A DNA stretch of 64,000 bases, taken from an uncultured Candidatus Saccharibacteria bacterium. GTDB taxonomy: Bacteria; Patescibacteriota; Minisyncoccia; Phycocordibacterales; UBA9973. Shown here piece after piece: positions 38,918-48,144 of this stretch. The stretch's first letter is position 1; the number at the start of each line of letters is the position of its first letter. The notes beneath the pieces were generated by a model. That model was given only the letters and a program-made list of their open reading frames with translations. It was not told the origin of the DNA and searched no databases. Location of the stretch: the NCBI GenBank assembly GCA_964563615.1, contig CAZLWF010000002.1, positions 1,859-65,858 of the forward strand, given 5' to 3'. A program made the position numbers and the translations under genes.

Positions 38918-38990
38918 TGTCGGGAGTGGGGATCGAACCCACGACCCCAGGCTTATGAGTCCTGTGCTCTACCAACTGAGCTACCCCGAC
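38918..38990 (-). tRNA. tRNA-Met (anticodon CAT), elongator-type, or tRNA-Ile2
   Basis: The reverse complement is GTCGGGGTAGCTCAGTTGGTAGAGCACAGGACTCATAAGCCTGGGGTCGTGGGTTCGATCCCCACTCCCGACA. The G1-C72 pair is present. Confidence 0.7.
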
Positions 38991-39157
38991 AAAAAGCAAA
39001 CGTTTTGCTTTTTGTTCGATGGTGTTATTCGAAACATATAATGACGACGTTATTCGACTTTTTCGAACCGTCGTATTCACCACTAACTAAAGCAACGGCA
39101 CAAAGACATGTAGATGTGGCATGTCACTTGCCGACTTGCCCGCCTTTGGCGGGAGTG

Positions 39158-39229
39158 TTGCGGGGGGCCGATTCGAACGGCCGTCTTCAGGTTATGAGCC
39201 TGATGAGATAACCACTTCTCTACCCCGCG
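39158..39229 (-). tRNA. tRNA-Met (anticodon CAT), probable initiator tRNA-fMet
   Basis: The reverse complement is CGCGGGGTAGAGAAGTGGTTATCTCATCAGGCTCATAACCTGAAGACGGCCGTTCGAATCGGCCCCCCGCA. It has a C1:A72 mismatch and an A11:U24 pair, both initiator hallmarks. The anticodon stem lacks the canonical three G-C pairs. Confidence 0.65.
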
Positions 39230-39302
39230 ATATTTTTATATTACTTACTATAGCATTTACCAATACTCATAACCTCTGGTTATTCGCGCTGTAGTCTCAT
39301 TG

Positions 39303-39331
39303 GAGATAACCACTTCTCTACCCCGCGATAT
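39303..39331. repeat. 29-bp direct repeat copying the 5' half of the initiator tRNA gene
   Basis: gagataaccacttctctaccccgcgatat occurs at 39204-39232 inside the tRNA and again at 39303-39331. Confidence 0.7.
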
Positions 39332-39496
39332 GATTTTAGCAATGCTTTCCCATTCTAGCCAAATTAGGATATTTTGCAACCTAAAAATTGTAAATTCTGG
39401 AATAAGTAATTTTCGAGTCGAGGACTTGTCTGAGCAATTTCCATAGAAATTACGAGTTCTGCAGATGAGAAAATTATTTATTCCAGATATAGAAAA

Positions 39497-40177
39497 CTAA
39501 ATAAAATCAAATTCTCGAAAGACCCTCTCGTAGAGTCCAATGACTCGTTTAGCTTCATGTTCTGTCAGCTCAAAGTTTGAACCATCATGGGCGATTTGAT
39601 TTCTAACTTTATGGGCATCCCACGCATCCTGGAGTGTCGTAAAATCACTTGCTTCAATGACCTTTAGTCTCTCACCCAGATTTTCACCTTTATACCCCAT
39701 CCGATTCACCATTTCATCAAGAATAATATCCGCATCAATAATCGCCTGTCGCCATTCACTTTCATTGTTAGTTGCCATATGTTTTTTGACACTATCCCAT
39801 CTTGGATTTTTTGGCTCATTTGTTGGTATTGTTATGGCAACCTTTTTCATTGCCTCTTCTTGTTCCTTTTCAATTTCCTTGGATCGAATATGTGTGTACG
39901 CAATAATAATTGCCATTGCAATTCCAACTATAGTTAAAATACCAACAAGTATTGCATAGACTGACCCATTGACGAGGGCTTCCCATATTGCCTGAAGTAA
40001 TGCTGCAATTCTGTAGAAAACATATTCAAGATTTAAATATGTCGGCAACCCCCCGTCATTAGTAGTAGGTATGCCACGACTAATAAGAACAAGTGCGAGA
40101 AATATACCAATTACTGAAGCTATGATCCAAGGACCTGCACTGGTACTGCTTGCAGGTTTTGCTTTTGCGTCTGCCAT
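39497..40177 (-). CDS. Hypothetical membrane protein with C-terminal cytoplasmic domain carrying an Rx4H (HEPN-like) motif
   Basis: 226 aa with two predicted TM helices and a Glu/Lys-rich linker. The C-terminal domain contains AHKVRNQIAHDG (R-x4-H). Confidence 0.4.
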   Translation of the reverse strand: MADAKAKPASSTSAGPWIIASVIGIFLALVLISRGIPTTNDGGLPTYLNLEYVFYRIAALLQAIWEALVNGSVYAILVGILTIVGIAMAIIIAYTHIRSKEIEKEQEEAMKKVAITIPTNEPKNPRWDSVKKHMATNNESEWRQAIIDADIILDEMVNRMGYKGENLGERLKVIEASDFTTLQDAWDAHKVRNQIAHDGSNFELTEHEAKRVIGLYERVFREFDFI

Positions 40178-40182
40178 ATATA

Positions 40183-41604
40183 CTATTGTACGCTTTTTTC
40201 AAACTCCTTACCAATAGCAAAAAGTACTTTCTCGCCAAAATGTGGCGCCATAAACTGTATACCGTACGGCAACCCTTCGCTATTTTTACCTGAAGGAATC
40301 GATATTGCTGGATTGCCAGCAATGTTTGCAGGTACGGTAAAAATATCTGACAAATACATTTGTACCGGATCAGTAGTCTTCTCACCAATCTTAAATGCAG
40401 ATGTCGGTGTCGTTGGGGTAGCAATTATAGCAACTGACTCAAATGCCTGATCAAGTTCAGCTCTAATCTGATCACGAACATTAACTGCCTTCCTGTAGTA
40501 GGCATCATAGTAGCCATGTGAGAGTACATAGGTGCCCAATAATATTCTTCGTCGTGTCTCCATTCCAAAACCATTACCTCTTGTTTGCATATAGGTTGCG
40601 AGCAGATCAGCACCTTTATCTTTCAGTCCATATTTCACCCCATCAAAGCGAGATAAGTTCGAAGAAGCTTCTGCTGGTTGTAATACATAGTAGACAGCTA
40701 GTGAATACGGCATGAGCGGCAAATCAATATCAACAATTTCATACCCAGACGCTTTCATCCGTTCTAAACTTGCATTGAAATTTTCAAGCACGCCTTTGTC
40801 GATTCCCTCTCCCGTAAGAAATGCTCTCGGTACACCGATCTTTTTGTTTGAACTATCATGCTTCATGTGCCGCATTGCAGTCGGCAGTGATGTTGCATCC
40901 ATTGGATCATGCTTATTTAGCGTATCAAAAATAATTTCTGCATCACGTACAGATTTTGTCATTGGCCCAATCTGATCAAGTGACGATGCAAGTGCAATAA
41001 GTCCGTAGCGAGAAACAGTATCGTATGTCGGTTTGAGTCCAACGAGCCCACAAAATGCAGCTGGCTGGCGAATAGATCCTCCTGTATCAGATCCAAGTGA
41101 TACTAATGCCATATTTGCAGCAACAGCGGCTGCCGATCCCCCAGAAGAACCTCCAGGTACGCGACTACTATCGAGAGGATTTTTTGTTACCCCAAACGCT
41201 GAATTTTCAGTTGAACTACCTTGAGCAAATTCATCCATGTTAGCTCGACCAAGGAAAATCGCACCAGCTTCTTTTAAGAGCCTTGGCACGGTGCCATCAT
41301 ATGTCGCTTTGTAGTTAGCTAATATTTTTGATCCTGCTGTCACTTGCTTACCTTCGATCAGCATATTATCTTTCATGGCGAATGGAATGCCTGTCAAAAG
41401 CGTTGCAGTGCCATTTACGAAGCGCTCCTGAGCAGCTTGCGCTTGTGTCTCAATATCATCAAATACTTCTAGATAAATATTAAGTTCAGTATTCCTTGCT
41501 GTAATATTTTCTAGATATGCTTGGCATAATTCCCACACTGTGAAGTCCCCATTTTTCAAATGGTCGTGAGCTTTTTCGATTGTGAGATCATGTATAGGTA
41601 TCAT
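40183..41604 (-). CDS. gatA: Asp-tRNA(Asn)/Glu-tRNA(Gln) amidotransferase subunit A
   Basis: Amidase signature GGSSGGSAAAVAA with the Ser-cisSer-Lys triad region. The start is taken as MIPIHDLTIEKAHDHL. Confidence 0.85.
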   Translation of the reverse strand: MIPIHDLTIEKAHDHLKNGDFTVWELCQAYLENITARNTELNIYLEVFDDIETQAQAAQERFVNGTATLLTGIPFAMKDNMLIEGKQVTAGSKILANYKATYDGTVPRLLKEAGAIFLGRANMDEFAQGSSTENSAFGVTKNPLDSSRVPGGSSGGSAAAVAANMALVSLGSDTGGSIRQPAAFCGLVGLKPTYDTVSRYGLIALASSLDQIGPMTKSVRDAEIIFDTLNKHDPMDATSLPTAMRHMKHDSSNKKIGVPRAFLTGEGIDKGVLENFNASLERMKASGYEIVDIDLPLMPYSLAVYYVLQPAEASSNLSRFDGVKYGLKDKGADLLATYMQTRGNGFGMETRRRILLGTYVLSHGYYDAYYRKAVNVRDQIRAELDQAFESVAIIATPTTPTSAFKIGEKTTDPVQMYLSDIFTVPANIAGNPAISIPSGKNSEGLPYGIQFMAPHFGEKVLFAIGKEFEKSVQ

Positions 41605-41613
41605 GTTATAAAT

Positions 41614-41692
41614 TTGGCAAAGGCAAGGAAATTTTTTATTGTGTCGGAGCCCTTTAGGGTAAAGCAATTAAAAATTTCCTTGCCTTTGCCAA
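41614..41692. repeat. Perfect 23-bp inverted repeat filling the gatC-gatA intergenic spacer
   Basis: ttggcaaaggcaaggaaattttt (41614-41636) and its exact reverse complement aaaaatttccttgcctttgccaa (41670-41692) are separated by 33 nt. Confidence 0.8.
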
Positions 41693-41695
41693 TAA

Positions 41696-41971
41696 TTAAA
41701 GTATTTTCTGCACTTTTAAAAATCCATCCTGTGTATTAGGCATTTCTCTTAGTAATGTTTCTGTACATGCCCCAGTTTGATTCACATTCTCATCATCTCG
41801 GAAAACATTACGTAATGGGTAATCTGTCGTAATATCTGCGATAGCAATTTCCTTAATTTGTTCAATATACGACAAAATCCCAGACAAATCCTGTAGGACT
41901 TTCTCTTTTTCTACCTGTGGAATTTCCATCCGTGCCAATTCTGCTAATTTATCGATATCACGTAATTGCAT
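41696..41971 (-). CDS. gatC: Asp-tRNA(Asn)/Glu-tRNA(Gln) amidotransferase subunit C
   Basis: 91-aa acidic helical protein directly upstream of gatA. Confidence 0.7.
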   Translation of the reverse strand: MQLRDIDKLAELARMEIPQVEKEKVLQDLSGILSYIEQIKEIAIADITTDYPLRNVFRDDENVNQTGACTETLLREMPNTQDGFLKVQKIL

Positions 41972-42006
41972 ACAGAAAGTATACTAGAAAAATATATTTC
42001 TGCTAC

Positions 42007-44037
42007 TTATTGCAACAATTGCATAAATGCTTCTTCGGTAAGGGTTTGTATGCCTAATTTTTGAGCATCAGTATATTTTGATCCAGGACTTTCCCCCGCT
42101 AGAACATAGTTTGTATTTTTAGAAACACTACTTGAGACCTTGCCTCCTTGATGCTCAATTTTTGCTTTAGCATCATCGCGAGAAAGTGTAGGCAATGTTC
42201 CGGTAAGTACAAATGTCATACCAGCAAACTTACCATTTTGTTTTTTTATTGATTTTTCAATGCGTATTCCATTTGCAAATAATTTTTCGATAAACCTAGT
42301 ATTAGTTTTTTCTTTGAAATAATCATAGACAGATTTAGATACAATAGGACCGATGTTTGGAATTGCATTGATTGATTCACTTGTTGCACTCGTGATTTTT
42401 TCTAACGAACCAAAATGATTTGCAATATCCTTGGCCGTTTCCTCGCCAACATGTAGGATGCCGAGCGCATACAAAAACCGCCATAGTAATATTTTTTTTC
42501 GTGAAGTTATTGAGTCAATAATATTTTTCGCAGATTTTTCCCCAAACCTTTCAAGTCCCGATAGATCAGCTTCAGTAAGCGTAAAGAGGTCAGCCGCATC
42601 ACTAATCAACCCGTGAGTCTTAAGCCTATCAAGCACTTTTGGCCCGACTTCATAAATTTCAAAGACATTGACGAAATGCTGCATGCCCCGACGATTTCTA
42701 GCGGGGCAATGAGTGTTTGTGCAGTAGTAGGCAACTGTTGTTTCAGCTCCCCCTTTGCGACGCTCAACTTTGGCACGGCAAACTGGACACTCTTGAGGCA
42801 TTGAGAATTTCTTCTCCTTGCCAGTCCTAAAGGATACTAAAACTTCCACGACCTCAGGTATAACATCACCGGCTTTTTGAATAACAACCGTGTCGCCGAT
42901 TCTGATATCCAAGCGATTAATCTGATCAATATTATGCAGCGTTGCTTTTGAAACTGTCGAACCAGCAACGAGTGTTGGTTTGAAATGCGCAAGCGGAGTA
43001 AGTGCACCTGTACGCCCTACATTAACTGTTATATCTACTACAATAGTTGTCGCTTTTTCAGCTGGATATTTATAAGCTATAGCCCATCGTGGGGCCTTGC
43101 CTACCACACCCAAGGTCTCTTCTTGATCTAAAGCATTCACAGACACAACAACCCCATCTGTCCCATATGGATAGGTCGGGCGGATTTTTTCAATTGCATC
43201 AATAAATGCAAAAACTTCTTCAATCTTCTTAGTTCTTTTCTCATGGGAATCAATGGTAAAACCAAATTTTCGCAAGAGTAGATGCTTTTCTGAATGAGTC
43301 GCTAATGAATATGACGCATCAGTCAACCCTTGTATATCCCAAGCAAAAAATTCTAGCGAACGCTCTTGAGCCAATTTCGGATCAAGCTGCCGCAGCGATC
43401 CTGCTGCTGCATTTCTAGTATTCGCAAATAACATTTTACCAAGCCGTTCATTTTCTTTGTTCAAGCGTTCCCAAACTTTTTTTGAAAGTAATGCTTCACC
43501 GCGAATCTCAATATACTTTGGATACGGCTTCGGCAACGTAAGTGGAATATTTTCAATTGTTTTTAAGTTCTCAGTAATATCTTCCCCGATAAATCCATCT
43601 CCTCGCGTTGCCCCTCGAATAAATTTCCCATCTTCATAGATAAGCGACACTGCAAGACCATCAAGTTTAAGTTCACAAAAATATTCTATATCTTTTTCAC
43701 CAGGAAGTAATTTTTTGATTCTTTTCTGCCAGTCAAGCACTTCCTCTTTTGAAAATGCATCATTAAGCGATAGCATGCGTGACGCGTGTGGTACTTTTTC
43801 AAATTTAGCGAGCGCTACTCCCGCAACCCTATTAACCGGCGAAGTTGAATCCTTAAAAGCTGGATAGGTATCTTCGAGCTTACGAAGCTCTTTTGTGAGT
43901 GAGTCATAGACATCGTCCGTAATATCTCTTGCATTATCGACATGATAGAGAGTTCGCAACCGAACAATCTCTTTACGTAATGCCTCTATTCTCTTGTGAG
44001 CTTCTTTGGAATTCATATTGTAGAAAATACTATACAC
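42007..44037 (-). CDS. ligA: NAD-dependent DNA ligase
   Basis: Adenylation motif KLDGLAV, an OB fold, a Zn-finger Cys4 (CPVCRAKVER...C...HC), HhH repeats and a C-terminal BRCT domain. Confidence 0.9.
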   Translation of the reverse strand: MYSIFYNMNSKEAHKRIEALRKEIVRLRTLYHVDNARDITDDVYDSLTKELRKLEDTYPAFKDSTSPVNRVAGVALAKFEKVPHASRMLSLNDAFSKEEVLDWQKRIKKLLPGEKDIEYFCELKLDGLAVSLIYEDGKFIRGATRGDGFIGEDITENLKTIENIPLTLPKPYPKYIEIRGEALLSKKVWERLNKENERLGKMLFANTRNAAAGSLRQLDPKLAQERSLEFFAWDIQGLTDASYSLATHSEKHLLLRKFGFTIDSHEKRTKKIEEVFAFIDAIEKIRPTYPYGTDGVVVSVNALDQEETLGVVGKAPRWAIAYKYPAEKATTIVVDITVNVGRTGALTPLAHFKPTLVAGSTVSKATLHNIDQINRLDIRIGDTVVIQKAGDVIPEVVEVLVSFRTGKEKKFSMPQECPVCRAKVERRKGGAETTVAYYCTNTHCPARNRRGMQHFVNVFEIYEVGPKVLDRLKTHGLISDAADLFTLTEADLSGLERFGEKSAKNIIDSITSRKKILLWRFLYALGILHVGEETAKDIANHFGSLEKITSATSESINAIPNIGPIVSKSVYDYFKEKTNTRFIEKLFANGIRIEKSIKKQNGKFAGMTFVLTGTLPTLSRDDAKAKIEHQGGKVSSSVSKNTNYVLAGESPGSKYTDAQKLGIQTLTEEAFMQLLQ

Positions 44038-44073
44038 TAAAGTATAGCATTTTAGTCGATACGGAAAGCCTAA

Positions 44074-44637
44074 CTAATCGCTTGATCCTCCAGTACCGCT
44101 TGACCCACCAGTTGGGTTAGCATACTTAACCTCGAGAAGTCTTTCAGTGATGCGATTTGTATCAAATGTGCTTATCGCATTACATGTCGTATTATATCCT
44201 TTAGAGATTATACGAGTTTGTGCGCCACTGCTATATGCCTTGTCTATAAAGACAATAGCGCAGCCCTTGTCTCCTGAATTGAATTGAAATGAAAATGACG
44301 TAGGTGAAATAGTAGTAAAATTCGCTACTAATGAGCCATTGCATTGTGGAGTCGCTGGTGAAGCAATAGAAAAATTACCTTTCTTGAGATCATAAAATAG
44401 TGCACAATCAGCACCAGCATCAGCTGCAAAAAATGAATACTGTGATTCTTTGGCTGAAAAGGTCAGTTGTAACTCTTTATAGGCAATACTAAAAATTCCT
44501 AATCCAAGTGCCAAAATAATACCCGCAATAAGTACAGTGAATAGTACAACGAAGCCTTGTTGTTTTTTGCTATACACAGAGAAAATATATTGTGCTTTTT
44601 GTATGCTATTTATTTTAGGTAGTGTATTTTTTGCCAT
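44074..44637 (-). CDS. Pilin-like/pseudopilin protein (minor pilin candidate)
   Basis: It has an N-terminal QQGFVVLFTVLIAGIILALG hydrophobic helix resembling a prepilin class III signal. Cys pairs and a Gly/Ser-rich tail are present. Confidence 0.45.
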   Translation of the reverse strand: MAKNTLPKINSIQKAQYIFSVYSKKQQGFVVLFTVLIAGIILALGLGIFSIAYKELQLTFSAKESQYSFFAADAGADCALFYDLKKGNFSIASPATPQCNGSLVANFTTISPTSFSFQFNSGDKGCAIVFIDKAYSSGAQTRIISKGYNTTCNAISTFDTNRITERLLEVKYANPTGGSSGTGGSSD

Positions 44638-44640
44638 ATA

Positions 44641-45282
44641 TTATTCCTGAGTTCCCCCAGTCGAAGGTGCATGGTTTGGTTCCCAATTAAAAAAAACAGT
44701 TTGGTATTTGATAGATTTAGTAACAGTACCCTGGAGCCAACTAACCGTACTTGTTATTAGATAGCCATCGCTTTGATCTGATTGATGCAAAGCCTCAATT
44801 TTTATTATGCGGGTGTAAGGTGACAGGATTTGACCAGTTGGCATTTGGCATGATGGCCCATACCCATAATACACATAACTATTGCTTGCATAACTACCAC
44901 CTCCACTATTTAAGGTAACTGGCACTTGACACGTCGATCCTGTACATGGGCAAATCGCAAGTGTCGCTGGATCAATGTTACAGCCTGTGCTACATGCTCC
45001 GGTATTAGTTACTGTTTTAAATGTTTCCCAACCACCACCTGTTGTATTAGAAAGCACCATACTATCTCGAAGTCCACGCATAAGCTCAATCCCCTCCTCA
45101 GCTAGATATGATGCTGTCATACGATTTTTTGAAAAAGTTGCATTTGCTGCACCAGACGCAGATACACTAATCAAAAAAATAATTGATGCCGAGAAAATAA
45201 GCAATGAAACTAAAGTTTCGACTATGGTAAACCCTTGATTATAGGAACGAGATTTTATTTTTTTATAAAGTTTTCTATCCAT
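44641..45282 (-). CDS. Prepilin-type N-terminal cleavage/methylation domain protein (minor pilin)
   Basis: NQGFTIVETLVSLLIFSA matches the GFTxxE prepilin motif with Glu at +5. Confidence 0.55.
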   Translation of the reverse strand: MDRKLYKKIKSRSYNQGFTIVETLVSLLIFSASIIFLISVSASGAANATFSKNRMTASYLAEEGIELMRGLRDSMVLSNTTGGGWETFKTVTNTGACSTGCNIDPATLAICPCTGSTCQVPVTLNSGGGSYASNSYVYYGYGPSCQMPTGQILSPYTRIIKIEALHQSDQSDGYLITSTVSWLQGTVTKSIKYQTVFFNWEPNHAPSTGGTQE

Positions 45283-45285
45283 ATA

Positions 45286-45927
45286 TCAGTTTGTTATTGG
45301 AACTAAATCACAGGTACTATCACAATTAATCTGTCGTTCAGTGACGGTCGTTTGTATGGCAAATGGTGTTTTGATATCTTGAAAAACTATTTCACCAACG
45401 AGCCGTATTGTTACCATTGGTTGTAACCCGATAGTATTACTTGCGTTGACTACATTAAAGCCAGATGATTTGAAGATATGCACTTCAGCGGGGGTTAATA
45501 TTTGGTCTTTTGACTGATCAGTACCTCTGCCTTTGATAAGCTGGTAGTAGCTTCCAACTGACTGCATTCGATATATAACCTGGTCAGATACATCATTAGT
45601 ATTACCCCCTACCGGCTCAAATGCAAACGAGAAATATGGCTCTGGAGCACTTGATGTAATAGGACAATCATTCGCCACATTGATTGCGCTTGAAGCATAG
45701 ATATTGCAATGATACAAACTTCCAAGTCTGATATTTCTCGTCATGTCTTCCATGATGAAATCAATATTATCTAGAATATTTCTAGTCGTTTGGCTCTTTT
45801 TATGCAGTTTAGTGACATTAAGTACTGCGCCAATACCAATCGTCATAATGATAGAAAAGAGTGCAACAGCAATCATGATTTCGATCAGGGTAAATGCAGA
45901 TGTATCTTTTTGTTTGTTACGCATCAT
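45286..45927 (-). CDS. Prepilin-type N-terminal cleavage/methylation domain protein (minor pilin)
   Basis: TSAFTLIEIMIAVALFSIIM carries the prepilin motif. Confidence 0.55.
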   Translation of the reverse strand: MMRNKQKDTSAFTLIEIMIAVALFSIIMTIGIGAVLNVTKLHKKSQTTRNILDNIDFIMEDMTRNIRLGSLYHCNIYASSAINVANDCPITSSAPEPYFSFAFEPVGGNTNDVSDQVIYRMQSVGSYYQLIKGRGTDQSKDQILTPAEVHIFKSSGFNVVNASNTIGLQPMVTIRLVGEIVFQDIKTPFAIQTTVTERQINCDSTCDLVPITN

Positions 45928-46631
45928 AAAGTAGAGCCGCCATTAGGGAATAAATTCTTCGCATCACCGTCAACAACACTGATCTGCCCGATTGGCCAAA
46001 TAATAATCGTTTTCTTTAAACCTTTGGCAGATTGGATAACAATCTGAGCGCCACCAGTCGTTAGTGCTGCTGCTACTCCATTACTTTTTGTTCGAAATGT
46101 CGGATCAGGAAATGGACGAGAAAATGTGACTGAGAGATTTTTATACGTACATTTTCCACCACCATCACAAAGTGAAACAATGGTATCTGAAGACTGGATC
46201 GTTGTTACACCCAAACATTCATTTCCAGCACCACCTGGGTTATTACAATTGCCGTTTAAAATGCCGTCAGGACTAACCCCGACTGTACCAATATCACGAA
46301 AATAATTAAATTTATTTTGATTACCAGAAGTTGTATCAAAATTAACGCCATACGAAGGGGCTTGACCAGCAATAAAGCCACTCGTGAGGCTTCCTGATAT
46401 AGCATTCGTCTGAGCCTTCTTTATGATAAGAGCAATATCTTGCGCTAAATTTTGCAATGTCACATTACTCGTAAAAGAGCTAAATTGAAAGAGCACCGTA
46501 CCTGATATCGCGCCAACGATAGAGAGAACGACAATGAGCTCAATAAACGTAAGCCCGCGCATATCACTATGCGCTTTTGCAAGTTTTACTCTAAAATATC
46601 TAACTATTGAATAACATTTTTTATATATCAT
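45924..46631 (-). CDS. Prepilin-type protein (minor pilin), start uncertain
   Basis: MRGLTFIELIVVLSIVGAISGTVL is a prepilin motif. The ORF track extends to 46709 and overlaps pilD, so an internal start is more likely. Confidence 0.45.
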   Translation of the reverse strand: MIYKKCYSIVRYFRVKLAKAHSDMRGLTFIELIVVLSIVGAISGTVLFQFSSFTSNVTLQNLAQDIALIIKKAQTNAISGSLTSGFIAGQAPSYGVNFDTTSGNQNKFNYFRDIGTVGVSPDGILNGNCNNPGGAGNECLGVTTIQSSDTIVSLCDGGGKCTYKNLSVTFSRPFPDPTFRTKSNGVAAALTTGGAQIVIQSAKGLKKTIIIWPIGQISVVDGDAKNLFPNGGSTL

Positions 46632-46668
46632 CTTGTGTGCTTGAAGCTTTGTGTTCAAGCGAGTACGA

Positions 46669-47460
46669 CTATAGTGAAAAGTATGGAAAAAATTTGATAA
46701 GGCATGCACTGAAAGCGTACATAATAAAAGTTCCCAGTACTAAAAACGGTCCAAACGGCACCTCACTCTTCATAGTATAGCGCTTTTTTCTAAAAAATAA
46801 TAAGATGATCGCAACTAACGCTCCAGACCAAAATGCGATCATAAGTGCTGCGATTCCCATTGCAATACCAAGCAAAAAACCAATACCAATCATAAGTTTA
46901 ATATCCCCAAATCCCATAAGTTTGCCATCTGAGAAGTACCACAACAAGAAAAACGGTAGCGGCAAGAGTATGCCACCCAACAGATGCCACAGTTCAGGTA
47001 CTGTTATACCAACTGGTGAAATAAAAAGATTAAGAAATGTGAGTACTATAAATAAATAGCACAGCCGATTTGGAATGATCATATGCTTAAGATCATAGAC
47101 CGATATAACAATCAGCAAACACATACAGAAAACAGCAAACAGAAGCGGTGCTAGAAACTGCCACAATGTAGCGCCTGGTACATAGTACTTGGCAGCGAGT
47201 GCAACAAATACCAATCCTGTTATTGCCTCAACGATAGGATACTGCCAAGCAATTTTGCTTTTGCATTTGGTGCAACGTCTACGTTGAATAATAAAACTCA
47301 CAATCGGGAGCAATTCATACCAGTGAAGTGTTTTGCCGCACGACATACACATTGATCTACCACCAAGTCCTTTACCAGTCTGGAATCGGTAAATAACGAC
47401 ATTCAAAAAACTGCCAATAAGCGTTCCTAAAATAAAGAGAGCAAAATAATAAGGCAACAT
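46669..47460 (-). CDS. pilD: Prepilin peptidase (A24 family, PilD-like)
   Basis: Polytopic membrane protein with an N-terminal Zn-binding CxxC...CxxC (CMSCGKTL...CTKCKS). The catalytic Asp-containing loops are present. Confidence 0.8.
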   Translation of the reverse strand: MLPYYFALFILGTLIGSFLNVVIYRFQTGKGLGGRSMCMSCGKTLHWYELLPIVSFIIQRRRCTKCKSKIAWQYPIVEAITGLVFVALAAKYYVPGATLWQFLAPLLFAVFCMCLLIVISVYDLKHMIIPNRLCYLFIVLTFLNLFISPVGITVPELWHLLGGILLPLPFFLLWYFSDGKLMGFGDIKLMIGIGFLLGIAMGIAALMIAFWSGALVAIILLFFRKKRYTMKSEVPFGPFLVLGTFIMYAFSACLIKFFPYFSL

Positions 47461-47533
47461 AGAAAAATAGCGATTAGTTAAAACTATATCTAGTATAGCA
47501 TTTCATTTTCTGCAGAGATAGGTCGAACAAAAC

Positions 47534-47562
47534 AAAAACCCCTTATGGGGTTTTTGTTTTTT
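47534..47562 (-). terminator. Strong intrinsic terminator after the major pilin gene
   Basis: aaaacccc-ttat-ggggtttt followed by a T-run, immediately downstream of pilA. Confidence 0.6.
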
Positions 47563-47576
47563 AGCCATGAGCTATA

Positions 47577-48005
47577 TTACGCACACGCAAGAAGAGAACC
47601 AAGCGCTGCATCTTCGAGTTTTGAAGCTCCACTTGAATCAACACACCAGTAGTCAGTTCCAGAAGATGGACCAATTAATTTTGTGCTCTTCATTTCAGTT
47701 GAAGCAGCCCAGCCAGCAGCATTATTGTTACAAACTGGTGTTCCACCAGCGGCTGTACCAGCGGCCGCAACAGGTGCAGCAATACCACCAGCTGCCGTAC
47801 AGACGTTGTTATATGAGCTATTGTTACCATCGTAATAGATTTCAGCTTGTGCTCGTGCATTTGCCAAGTTTGCCTTCACAGCAGCATCAGCACCTTTGTT
47901 ACGAGCTGAGTTAAGTGATGCCAACACAACTGACGCCAAAACACCAATGATCGCAATAACGACCAAAAGTTCGATAAGTGTAAAACCTTTGTTATTCTTT
48001 TGCAT
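47577..48005 (-). CDS. pilA: Type IV major pilin
   Basis: MQKNNKGFTLIELLVVIAIIGVLASVVLASLNSARNKG is a canonical type IVa prepilin leader with the conserved N-terminal helix. Confidence 0.8.
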   Translation of the reverse strand: MQKNNKGFTLIELLVVIAIIGVLASVVLASLNSARNKGADAAVKANLANARAQAEIYYDGNNSSYNNVCTAAGGIAAPVAAAGTAAGGTPVCNNNAAGWAASTEMKSTKLIGPSSGTDYWCVDSSGASKLEDAALGSLLACA

Positions 48006-48144
48006 AATAAATTAACTTTTGTCGCCAGCCTCACGGTAATGATAATAAGTGATACTGGCAAGACTTACTTTGTAATGGATTTATTTTAGCACGGATAGCG
48101 AGAATGCCTGTAAAGATCAAGCTGTGGATAAGTTTAAGAAGATT

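Noticed and set aside
38582-39211. ORFs 38582..38773(+), 38868..39083(-) and 38888..39211(+) in the tRNA cluster
   Set aside because: They run across tRNA-Asp, tRNA-Met and tRNA-fMet genes and their terminators. No coding signal is present.
47567-47914. Plus-strand Gln-rich ORF (MSYITHTQEENQALH...)
   Set aside because: It is antisense to the canonical major pilin gene pilA, and its low-complexity Gln/His-rich sequence reflects the pilin's Ala/Gly-rich codons.
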